Origin: Azolla caroliniana
Taxonomy: Eukaryota; Plantae; Polypodiophyta
Length of the DNA: 64,000 nt
Reading direction: 5' to 3'
Assembly (NCBI GenBank): GCA_043228905.1
Contig: JBHGNT010000001.1
Span: 18,166,001 to 18,230,000, forward strand
Under the pieces are notes generated by a model. It saw nothing but the letters and a program-made list of their open reading frames with translations, made no database searches and was not told the DNA's origin. Below, one piece after another: positions 12,501-23,400 of this stretch; position 1 is the first letter of the stretch, and the number at the start of each line of letters is the position of its first letter. A program made the position numbers and the translations under genes.

Positions 12501-13945
12501 CCAACAAATGTCACAAGTAGATCGGCATGCGCATTTACAAGATCTTCATGGAGCGAAGATAATGACGAATGCCATTTCAGCATCATATTCCTCATTAGCG
12601 GTGACCTTCGAACCCATACAAGAGCATTTTTGGTTTGGATGCTTCATAAATTATATATTGTTGGTTGTCAAGGGTATCTCACCTAATGGGTGCATTTCTT
12701 ATTTTGAGGTCCTTGATAACAATAGAATGTAGCCTCATGCCTTTGACTGCAACTATTTTCAGCACACACGAAATGCACTAGTCAAAGTGCTTGGAAAAAT
12801 GGGAAAGAAGTGGTTGCTTGATCCTTATCCTTCTATGACTCATATGTGTGATATGATGTCGTTGTATGCAAAAGAACCTGTTGCAAGACTACTATGGGAT
12901 CCGGAGGGTTGGTTCTAGACATATTCCTTGGGGGAACAAATCATAAAGGTTCCCTTCTTTCAGTATTCAGTAAAGCTTGGAAGGTCATTATTAAGGTCTA
13001 CGAATGTACTAGGGCCAGCAACACAAAAATATTGGACTTACTGGGGTGTTTCAACGTTGCAGTTGAAAACATATTGGAGATGGATCTAGTCTTTCAAGGG
13101 GCTATCTAAATTTATTCTTTTTAGATGTCTATTAGTGCATGCAGCATTACCAGTTGGCCAGGCGTTAAAAGGGAATGTAGTGCATAATCTCAGGCAATGT
13201 GGATTTTGCTATGCAATGCTAGAGACTACTAAGCATGCCTTCTGGTCTTCCTCCTTGGCTCAGCAAGTATGGAATAAAGTTCTTTCTTGATTCCTTACCA
13301 TAAATGTTGGTTGCTTCTTCTCATGGGGAGCAATGGTGTGGGGAATTTTACGCTCCAGCTTCATGTTGTATGAGGTAGACGATATGCAAGAGGCCATGCG
13401 GTACATAACAAAAGATTGATATCGGTTAGTCTATTTTAGCAACCTTGAAAGCAAGTGCGATCTGTCCAGGTCTAGAAAACTGTGACTACGATAACATTAT
13501 GGGTATTATGGAAATGTAGATGCAGTCGACTTTATGATGCAACAAGTCTTGGTCTTTAGAGATATTGCTTGAGATATGGGAAACATTGTTGATAGTAGTT
13601 CGTGGGCAATATGATAACATGTATGGTTCTCTAGAAAATATTCATAAAAGAAGGATGAAGCTTCTTCACTTATGGAGGAAGGTGCCTCTCTTTGTAGTGA
13701 CAAATCAAAGACCTCAATGGAACTATCAACTTCCATGGACCCTTTCTTGATATAAAAGCTACATGTTAATATACCGTATGAAGGTTCAACATCCCTATAT
13801 AAGGTGTTTTTGTATGTACAGGTTTAGGTGTACATACATTGTCTTTTATTCTACGTTGTAAGCCTACGGGCACATAACTTTTACTTGTACTTTTTCGATG
13901 TTTTTAATACTATTCAAGAAAATCTTTCAAGTAAAAATAAAAAAG
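12501..13945 (+). mobile_element. Degenerate LINE (L1-like) ORF2 C-terminus and 3' UTR
   Basis: zf-RVT-like motif CGFC..LETTKHAFWS..AQQVW from 13198, TLWVLWKCR near 13495, and an A-rich tail near 13930-13945. Confidence 0.7.
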
Positions 13946-14080
13946 AGAGAGAGAGCATTGAAGTACAAGTAAATACTTCTTAACGGCCTTGACAGATGGG
14001 CTTGTATATATAAAGTGCACATAAGCACTGTGTAATGAAGTGAGCACTTCTATAATAGAATTTCGTTGTCTGCTCTCACT

Positions 14081-14115
<35 letters not shown>

Positions 14116-14563
14116 TGTTCTTGTATTCTGTGCTTTGTGTTAACAATCTATTCAATTTCCGGATAACCGACTGATTCTCGGTTCATAAGCTTTCGCATCT
14201 AACTTTTTACATGGTATATGAGCGTGAGTGTTCAAAAACATTCTCCTCAATCGATGTAGCTTGCTAACACAAGCCTTCAACAAGGCTTTGGAAAAGAAAG
14301 AACTAAAACATGGACAAAGGAATGGGTGGTGCTCTTCAAATAGAAAAGTTGGATAGAAACAACTACATGTCTTGGGAATATAAGATGCACCAATACGTGC
14401 TTGGGCACGGCTACTAGAGTTACATCCAGGGAGAAAGTGTAGTGGCATCGGAATCAACACACAAGGATTTTCTAGTTTGGGAACAAAGAACAAGTAAACT
14501 CTTGTAATGCCTTGCATCCTATGTGCACGATCAGCTGCTAGGCTATTTTCGGGACGCAAAAAC

Positions 14564-15268
14564 TGTTAGGAAATAGGTCCCTCCGGATGGGAAGTGAGAA
14601 GAACAGTGCTGATGAGAAACTCAGCCGAGCCCGATAGGCTGAGGCCGAATCCGGATGTGGAGTACCTAGCTACGGAAGACCCGGTGAAAATTGGATGAGG
14701 AGTACCCGATTACGAAAGACCTGGTGAGAACCGAATGAGGAGTACTCGGCTACGGAAAACCCGGTGAGAACCAGATGAGGAGTACCCGGCAACGGAAGAC
14801 CCGGTGAGAACCAGATGACAAGTACCCGGCAAGGGACATATTCGTAAATATGTTTTCTGAGAGTCCATCGGGGCTATATTTGTAAATTACCGAAAAGTCA
14901 TAAATATGACTTAGGGCAAACTTAGTGTATTGTTATTATTCTTGTTTGTGCAAGACTACAGAGCGCATAACAATGTACAGAGAGAGAGAGAGAGGAAGAG
15001 GTCATTGCCTCTGTTGTAACCGCTGCCTGTGGCGAAGATAGCAAGCTCGAGGTAGTTGCCTCGGTGCTTTACTATTGTACATTCTGATATAGTGATAGTT
15101 TGTAGTCTGTGGGTTGCCGTGGTTTTTTCCCTAGTTTGGGTTTTTCCACGTTAACATCCTGTGTACTCTTCTCTTCACTGTGTCGTGCGTTCATTACCCG
15201 TTTTCTGTGTTTGATTTTAGACTCGGTTGTGGCCGAGTGTTGTGCAAAGGGAGTGTGCATTCCTATCA
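14564..15268 (+). mobile_element. Solo LTR inserted in Copia 2 gag
   Basis: TGTTAGG...CCTATCA termini and a perfect TSD AAAAC. Removing it restores RDAKTPKEAW. Homologous to rc of 50738-51495. Confidence 0.92.
14651..14835 (+). repeat. 40-bp tandem repeat inside solo LTR
   Basis: Unit GATGAGGAGTACCCGGCAACGGAAGACCCGGTGAGAACCA, about 4.5 copies. Confidence 0.9.
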
Positions 15269-16477
15269 AAAACTCCGAAAGAGGCATGGTAAAATTTGAA
15301 GAATTTTTTTGCAACAAGTACCACAACCCGAAAGTTGCAGCTTCGCCACGAGCTCAACAATATCCGACATATGTATATGTCAGTGACCAACAACACCACC
15401 AAGATCAAGTAGATCTATGATGCCCTAGGTTCAAACAATATGTCGATGGACGAGGAAGAGATGGTATAGACCTGTCTTGGTGGTCTAGCTCCGAGGTACA
15501 GGCTGATCCGAACATGGATTTGCATGAGGGACAAACCACTCTCATTCTTCGACTTGCCATTGATGCTTATGGTTGAAGAGAACCACACAAGTGCATCAAG
15601 GAGCATGCAATGGTGGCGGTGGACAATCAGATGTTGTACACAGAGGCAGATAGGCCTCGTGGTCATGGAGAATGCGGTGGATCGGCACGCAATGGTGGCA
15701 GTGGACAAGAGCAGAATTGGGGCCACATAGGAAATGTCGACAAAAGTGGACCATCCACAAGCAGGGGGAGTTAGGGTGGTGCCAGAGGTAGGCAAAACAA
15801 AACCATTGACTGCTTGTATTGTGGCCGGAAGGGTCACAAGGAAAGAAAGTGTTGGAAGAAGAAGGCCGACTCCAATAAAACCGAATTGAGCAAAGCACCG
15901 GGAACCGACAACGATCGCACTTCCCTAAAGGTTCAAACCAAGAAAAAACGGGTTCGGCATTGGTAATGAAGCATAAGGCCCAATCGATGAAGATGAGCAC
16001 CTCAAAACCAAACGAGGTGTGGTATGTCGATTTGGGAGCATCGAATCACATGATGAGCCAGGAGGAGTGGCTCTCATATTTGGAGAAGCTAGAACAGCCG
16101 GGGGTTGTCGAAACCGGTGATGTTTCTGCACATCCCATCGAGCATGTTAGTGACGTCCCCTTGAGCCACTTCAGCTAGAAAGGGAAACTAATGAAAGTCC
16201 TGCATGTTCCGACAATCACCAAGAATTTGGTGTCGATTGGATAGATTGTCGAACAAGGAATGCAGGTTTGGTTCACCCATCTTGGTTGTTTCATTGAAGA
16301 AGGCAAGCGCCTAGAGCTTGGCATTCAAAGATAACACAATATCTTCATCAAATCAGCTTCAGAATGTCAAAATCCGACAACTCTCTCTATGTGAGAAGTG
16401 AATCTAGAAGCCCAAACTTTATCGTCCTATACGTGGATGATCAGGTCATTGGCTATGAACATCTGGTCAACGTCAAC

Positions 16478-18311
16478 TAGGAATCGGCAACAGTTTGGTT
16501 TAGGCTTAGCCGTTTTGGCCTTATCCAAGCGAAACCGCTTAAGCCCAAACCGTTTAATGGTTCTCAAACCTGAACCGAACCAAAAGAAACCAATCCCTAA
16601 ACTGGTTTGGGAAACGGTTTGTGAACCAGTTTGGAATATTGTAGCTTGACAGTTTGCAATATGTATTAAAACCTCCTAACCCTAAACCTTACATATGGTT
16701 ATTACCTAATAATATAGGTAGTGTCAGATTATGGAAGTATTCTATGGGAATAAAAATTATTCTCATAAATGGTAAGTAAAGACAAGCGATGACAACTAAA
16801 ACGCTTAATGCTTTGTTTAACATTTCTATCTCTGAAGAATTATTGAATTTAATGACGATTGAAACACATTATAAGGATCAAAATGTCTCTTTAGTACCAA
16901 CAATAGCACAAACATAAAATCAATGATAGAAATTTAAAGAAAAACATAAAATGAGAAAAATAAGTCATCAATTGTCCAAGTTGGTTGTATACCAACCACT
17001 TTCACTTGTCCAAGTACAAGTATTCAATAACATCATCCTTTGCCATCATCTCTTCTAAATTTTTATCTAAACTATTATAGGCGTCATTAATATCTTCAGG
17101 TAAAGGAATGTTTACATTGTCAAATAAATCTAACCAAGATTGTATGCACATCTCTTCCTTGAAAGTGCATGAATGCAACCATTGCCTATCTTCGAATTTA
17201 TCATGAGCTTCAGAATTAGCTTCCTATGAAGGCACCGGTGAAGCCGAAATCGCCAAATAATCACATGCCATTTTGTACATCCTTGGAAAAGTAGATCTGT
17301 TTTAAATGACCAAAAAATATAATGTTTAAATGTGTTTCTTTAATTACCGACAATAGCAACAAATTTGTTTAATAAAACATGATGCAATATTGATGAAACC
17401 TATTGGTAAACCACCAATGTAGAGGGTCTATGGTAGTCTTGGCTCGTCGAAGCTTCAAGAAATTTTCAATTTCTGACTGGGCTGATGATTCATGAGATTT
17501 CTCATTGTTGATACACCAAAACTCCATATATTCAAATTGAGATCTTTCACATGCATCGTCGGATTGAGAATCTTCGACATTAGGATCGTGATATTTTGTT
17601 GTTAAAACAGTTTGCACCAACTCTACATCAAGGTCTACCTCAATTGGATTTGCTGGTTTTGGAACTCTCCATCCAAACATAAGACACTATTAGTAAGAAA
17701 AAAAGATTAAAAAAGGGAAATTTTCAAATAGAAAACATTACCTAGGGTCAAGAAACATTGCATTCGAGATGGAACAAATTTCAGGGATTCTTGGTACTTG
17801 ATTAGATATAGTAGGCATTTGGTACTAGCCTCGTGTTGCACTTGAAGAGTATACTTCTCAGAGGGTGAACCAACGGAGTTCATATCCATAGATATATACT
17901 TATTACAATGTGATAATAAGTGGTTGAATGCAAACGCTGCTAGTGAGAGGGTAGGGTACTTTGACCCGCTCAAGTAATTACAAATTTTGGGCAGGCACAA
18001 GTAACCATTGTCCCATACTTTGTATATCATTCCAATCTTCTATGGACAGTGTACATGGTCAACGAACTCATTAGCAATGGCCTTGTCACTTGTGGTACAA
18101 ATCAAGTCATCTCTTAACTTTAGCGATTGTTGATACATAATTAGAGTTAAATTCTATCTATTAATGCAATCTAGACACGGTGATTCTTGTTCCCCATTCT
18201 CATGGATGGTTTTTGAATATTTTTTAAATATTGCTCCACTCACTTTACTTGTACGTATAGAATGTAATGTCTTCCTTAACTTCATAATAGGAGTAATAGC
18301 TTCTAATACAG
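16478..18311 (-). mobile_element. hAT-superfamily DNA transposon remnant (3' part of a spliced transposase)
   Basis: TAGG-starting putative TIR at 16478 with AAACCG-type subterminal repeats. Motifs LSGSKYPTL, FLDP(R) and dimerisation domain DPLHWWFTNR/STFPRMYKMACDYLAISAS across a GT-AG intron at 17297-17399. Confidence 0.85.
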
Positions 18312-20400
18312 TGTTGTCCGCTGGAATAGTCACCGACGGACAAGAGCGTAGGAATAAGAAATAATAGAAGATTATAACGCATGTAACGGTTCACACAGGA
18401 AGCGTGAACGGCTAAAAAGACCCTGCATATATAAAGGGCAGAAAACCTCTTATAGAGGGAGCGTGTAATTTTGGAATGTAAAGAAGCGTCTCATAATAGA
18501 ATTCTATCTTCTCTAATATCTATGTATAGCTACGGCTAATCTATTGTGTGTCTGGAATACCTGAGAGTGTAGAAGTAAGAACGTGAGTGTGTAACCACTG
18601 ATAAGGAGTTCGGTTCTAGCCGTCTCCCTTATACGTTGTTAGGTTACGGGGAACATTCCCCTACGTATTATGCACAGACGCCACCATTCGTTGTTTCACA
18701 GTCACTTGCAGGTCTAGGTCGAAGGACTGACTGCAGGCCGTGTTCCTAATCGGTAACACTTTTGGCACGCTTGGTGATCTGTGTCTTCTCACAGACGAAC
18801 AACGACGAATGGATGTTTAGCCGCAGATGCCCCAGAGAACCAACATGACAAGACCGGCCAATCACAAGGTCCGTCACTCGCCAGGCAGAGGAACGCACAC
18901 GGCAAAAGCCTCGCCTCAGCGACCTCAGTACTACCTGTCGTGATTACAAAGGTGATTCTTCGCCCTCCACATACCTCAACGATACGCAGGGAACACGCTC
19001 ACCACAGCAACACTATGGTCTTTCCCGACCCACCGTAGCCCCCAACATGGCCTTTGCCTATCCCCGCTTTAACGGCGAAACCGACGCCGCAAACCATATT
19101 CGCATGTTCCTCAATGTCTGGAATGCGAACCACATGGCGCAGAGCCTTTTTGAGGCGGTAGTGCACAATAAAAAATGACGGAATTCGAGTTAACATTGGA
19201 TGGGCTAGCGACATTTTGGCATTCACAGATGGATTTGCCAGCAATCATGACCTTCGATCAGTTACAGTCCGCCTTCTTGTGGTTCTTCCATCGGAGGGTT
19301 CCACAACGCGAAATCCTCGGACAGTTCTACACGATTAAGCAACTGCCGACCGAGACGATCACAGACTTCAGCTTATGTTTCCAAAATTTACGGCGGAAAC
19401 TAGAACGGAGCCCCGCGGAGGACAAGGCTCGAGAGACATTTCTGGCAGCATTACGCCGACCCATACGGACAACGCTCAACAACAATAGCGTGAAAGGGGA
19501 AACGGCGGATATGGTCATTGAACGAGCGTTACAACTCGAGTTGGATGAGGAGGAGGAAAGGTTTTCTATGTCCTCCTTACGACAAGTGTTACCCCAGGAC
19601 GAGGAACGACAGTTTCGTCAAGCAATCCAGTGCACGATTTTCTTGAACTCAGGCCATTCCGTAGTGGAGTGCAACATGCGAATCCACTGCCCAATCTGCC
19701 ACTCGAAGTCTCACACAGTCGACCAATGCGAATACAATATGTTGAACAAAGCCGCTCCCACAGTACGCAGCATGGACACACAACGTCCCCCATGTCGTAC
19801 TGAACAAAGGAGGCAAGAAGACCGACCACGATATGTGAAGCGCAACCCACGTGACGACCGGCACCACCAGAATCACCGGAATCCCAACGATTCCGAGGAA
19901 GACGAACTAGAGGATGAGGATTACCGTGGACCTCCGAGTTATGCTAAAGGGGGTTGGCGTTATGAGAATCACTGGCCGACAAACAAACGTGACGGCTTCA
20001 ATGGTTATTGTCGGAAGCCGCGGCAATATCGAGACCACCGATGATATGACGAAAGCTCGGGAGATGAGTGACACCAAGAACCACATCGGGACCAACAGCA
20101 ACCACCGTGTGCATTCCGACAAACGAGGCTAGACCGTGAGAAGCAAGTCGCACCAGGGGATCGGCACACACCACCAGGAGCCGAGAAGGGCGAATCGAGC
20201 ATCCATTGTTTTGTTTGTCAGCAGCCCGGACATTATGCCATGCAATGCCCAGCACGCAAGGGCAAGGGGCCCGCCTTCAATACGATTATGGCGGAAGTAG
20301 AGCAAGTCACGACACGCCAGCAAACAAAAATGGTTGATTGGGCCGCGCAAGATGAGATACGATGACAAGCCCAGGCATGGGTGGAAAAAGCAAACGCCAC
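18312..20400 (+). mobile_element. Gypsy family A copy 2: 5' LTR (18312-18758), PBS and gag; truncated
   Basis: TGTT..AACA LTR with TATATAAAG, PBS-like TGGCACGC at 18763, gag 19175-20044 homologous to 66-971, and knuckle CFVCQQPGHYAMQC near 20207. Confidence 0.85.
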
Positions 20401-23400
20401 ATCCGGAAAGACTGCGGGGACTTTGCGGAGGCTTTGAGAAGCCGGGTAGTGTACCTGTGGGAAGGTCGGGTGCACGCCAGCGATACCCGGAGGGCCTTGA
20501 ACCGAAACGACGGGCGAGGGGGAATGAAAAGGCTGATGGAAGAGGCGGCGGCTCGGCACGCGGAGACCATCCACTACTCGGCGTTGGCCGGTATTCAGGT
20601 CGGTGGCAGCGAGGCCCGGAAGGAGAGCAAAGCCGGGTTCTGGCCGACGATGTTGGAAGGCCTCGCCGGTGCCCGACTAAAGAAAGACGAGGCGGACCGC
20701 GCGGAGAAGCGGGTCCAGGAGGTAACCGGGTGGAGTGACCCGGTCGAAGAAAAGATGGGTTTCGTCGATGCAGCTTGCCAGAACTACGAGGCTCTGGTTG
20801 AAGACCAACGGGTAGGTAAAACCGGAGGGGCCGGACCCTCACAAAGATATGAAATCCGATTCAGGCCGAAACAGAACGAGGCCGGTGAGACCAGTGCCCA
20901 GGATAACCACAAGAAGGGCGGATGCCGGTTGGGCATGAAGATCGAAAGGACCACGGACCTACGAAAGGTCCTGGAAGAACGAATCCTCGACAGCAAGGTG
21001 GAACTGTCATTGTGGGAGGTGCTCGGAATCACCAAGAAGGAGTTCCACGACTCCATCGTAGACTTGGTGAAGAGGAAGAGGCTATCGACGGAGACAGAAC
21101 CGGAAAGGCTGGTGGAGGTGCGGACGACGCACATGGAGGACATGGCGTTGGAAGACGAGTGGCCGGAGAGCCACTACTCGAGGCCACACTGGGCCCGAGC
21201 GACCACGGAAACCCCGCTGAAGATCGGAGATGTTCAGGAACTAGTGGTGGCGCTGGTGGACCACGGTTCGGAAATAAACCTGATGTCCATGGACTTCTAC
21301 AAGAAGGGGAAATGGCCGATCAACACCAAGCACGGGTGGAAGATACGGGCGGCGACGCGCGCCACCGAGGAACTACATGGGGCCTGCCCAAACGTGAGAG
21401 TCAAGATCGACGACGTCGAGATAGATCAACACTTCTTTGTGCAGGAGACGTCCTCGCACCCGGTCATACTGGGAGAACCGTACATTACGGCAGCGCGGAT
21501 GGAGACCAAGGTGCTAGACAACGGGTCGGCTTACGCGAGGATCAAGAGTCAGGACGGGCGTCATTCGGTCCAGTTCCTGACGGTGCGACCGAACCACGAG
21601 CGAAACCACGAGTCCCTCGGTGGCGAGAACCGAGAGGATTTTTAGAGAGGGCTGTCAAGGCATGGGGCCGCGACAGTCCGGACACTCTGGGAAAACCCCA
21701 CAAATGTACAATAGAGGCGAAACCGAAGAAACCTTGTACCATAAGTAGGAAGTTTTGTTTCTCCGACAACGGAGGTTGTACGATAGTCGGCGTCGTTGGC
21801 CGAGAAAAGACAAGGACGGAAGAGCGACTTCGGGCGTGCGGAGTTCTCGGTCCCAGCGAGGAAATCAACGGAGCCGTGGAGGCGGTCTCCTTTGACGATA
21901 CCTTGGGAATACTGCGAGAGGTGGTCGGAGAAGGCCTTAAAGAGGACCGGACGATACCGGTTTGTTCAGAAGAGATGTATGAAGTCATCGTGGACTTCAG
22001 TCGGGGGCTCGAGTCGGATCGGACGACCCGGGTTAACACGAAGTACAAGACTGTGGACCGGAAGGTAAGGCCAGTCGCGGCACCCTTACCGGAGGGCAGC
22101 GAGTTGCGAATCAAGGGGGTCGCGTCGGACCCCAGTTTACGAGATCCGGCCTGCATAGGACACACCTTCACCGACAGAACGCTACGGGAGCTAAAAATCG
22201 GTGGGGGCGGTTTCCTACTGCCGGCGGAAGAAGACCAGTTTCGGAGAATGCTCAGAAGGCACGGGAAAGCCTTCGCATTCTCACCGGAAGAGATCGGGTG
22301 CGTAGACCCGACAGTCGTGAAGCCGATGGTGATATTCACGGTACCGCATGTGCCGTGGAATCTCAAACCAGTTCCGGTACCGAGAGCTCACATCCCGGAG
22401 CTGATGGAGCTATTGAGATAGAAAGTCGATATGGGCATCCTCGAACTGTCGAGTGCCCCGTACTCGAACCGGTGGTTTACCGTACCGAAGAAGAACGGGA
22501 CATTGCGCTTCATTCAAGACCTGCAACCGGTCAACAGAGTGACCATTCAGAACATAGGAATCGGACCAATGATAGACGAGTTCGCGGAGGCCTTTGTCGG
22601 AAGGTCGATCTACTCGGTCGGGGATCTGTACTCGGGGTACGATCAGTTCCAACTAGCCGTAGAGAGCAGAGACATTACGACGATGCGGACTCCTCTCGGC
22701 CTAGTGCGGATGTGTACCCTACCACAAGGAGGGACGAACTCGGTGGCCCACATGGTGAATGCGATGAACAAGGTGCTGAGGGACTGTATCCCGGACATCA
22801 CCATGCCATTCTTGGACGACATCCCGATCAAGGGGTGTCCGGTGGAGAAAAGGGACGAAATGATCGGACCGGACGGATGCCAGAAATTCGTGGCGACACA
22901 CATTGATGACTGCGAGAGGGTGCTGCAGAGGCTAGAGGACGCGAGGCTCACCTTCTCCGGGGAGAAATCGGCCTTCGGGCAATCGGAGATCATGGTCGTC
23001 GGACATCTATGTGGACCGTATGGCCGGAAACCGTCTCCGGCTAAGGTAGAAGCCATCTCTGCAATGAAGCCCAACTGTAACTCAGTCACGGAGGTACGGA
23101 GGTTCTTGGGAGCATGCGCGTTCTACCACATATGGATCTCGCATTACGCCCACGTTGCCAAGTCGCTATACGGGTTGTTGAAAAAGGGGCGAAAATTCGA
23201 GTGGCGAGACGAGCATACGGAGTCGGTCCGATAGATGAAGGAGGCTCTTGCTGCAGCTCTAGCACTTCGGAAGGCTGTCTACGAGAAAGGCACTCCCATC
23301 TACATAACGGTAGATACAAGTCCGACCGGGATCGGATGGGTCGTCAACCAAGAAGCTGAGGACGACATTCGGTTCCCAATCCGGTTCGGCGCGAAAGTCC

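Larger units (their letters stand above)
13946..16477 (+). mobile_element. Degenerate Copia element 2 (partial 5' LTR, gag, protease, RT fragment)
   Basis: LTR end ..TTTTTACA at 14211, PBS-like TGGTATATGAGC, gag ATG at 14310 homologous to Copia 1, WYVDLGASNHM, and LYVDD near 16425-16440 after an internal deletion. Confidence 0.85.

Noticed and set aside
14651-14835. 40-bp repeat arrays (also 51230-51460) as CRISPR
   Set aside because: The units are head-to-tail with no unique spacers, lie inside LTRs, and have no cas genes nearby.
21542-22366. Long antisense ORFs opposite pol (also 44334-45113 and many others)
   Set aside because: These are expected shadows of GC-rich coding sequence and carry no independent motifs.
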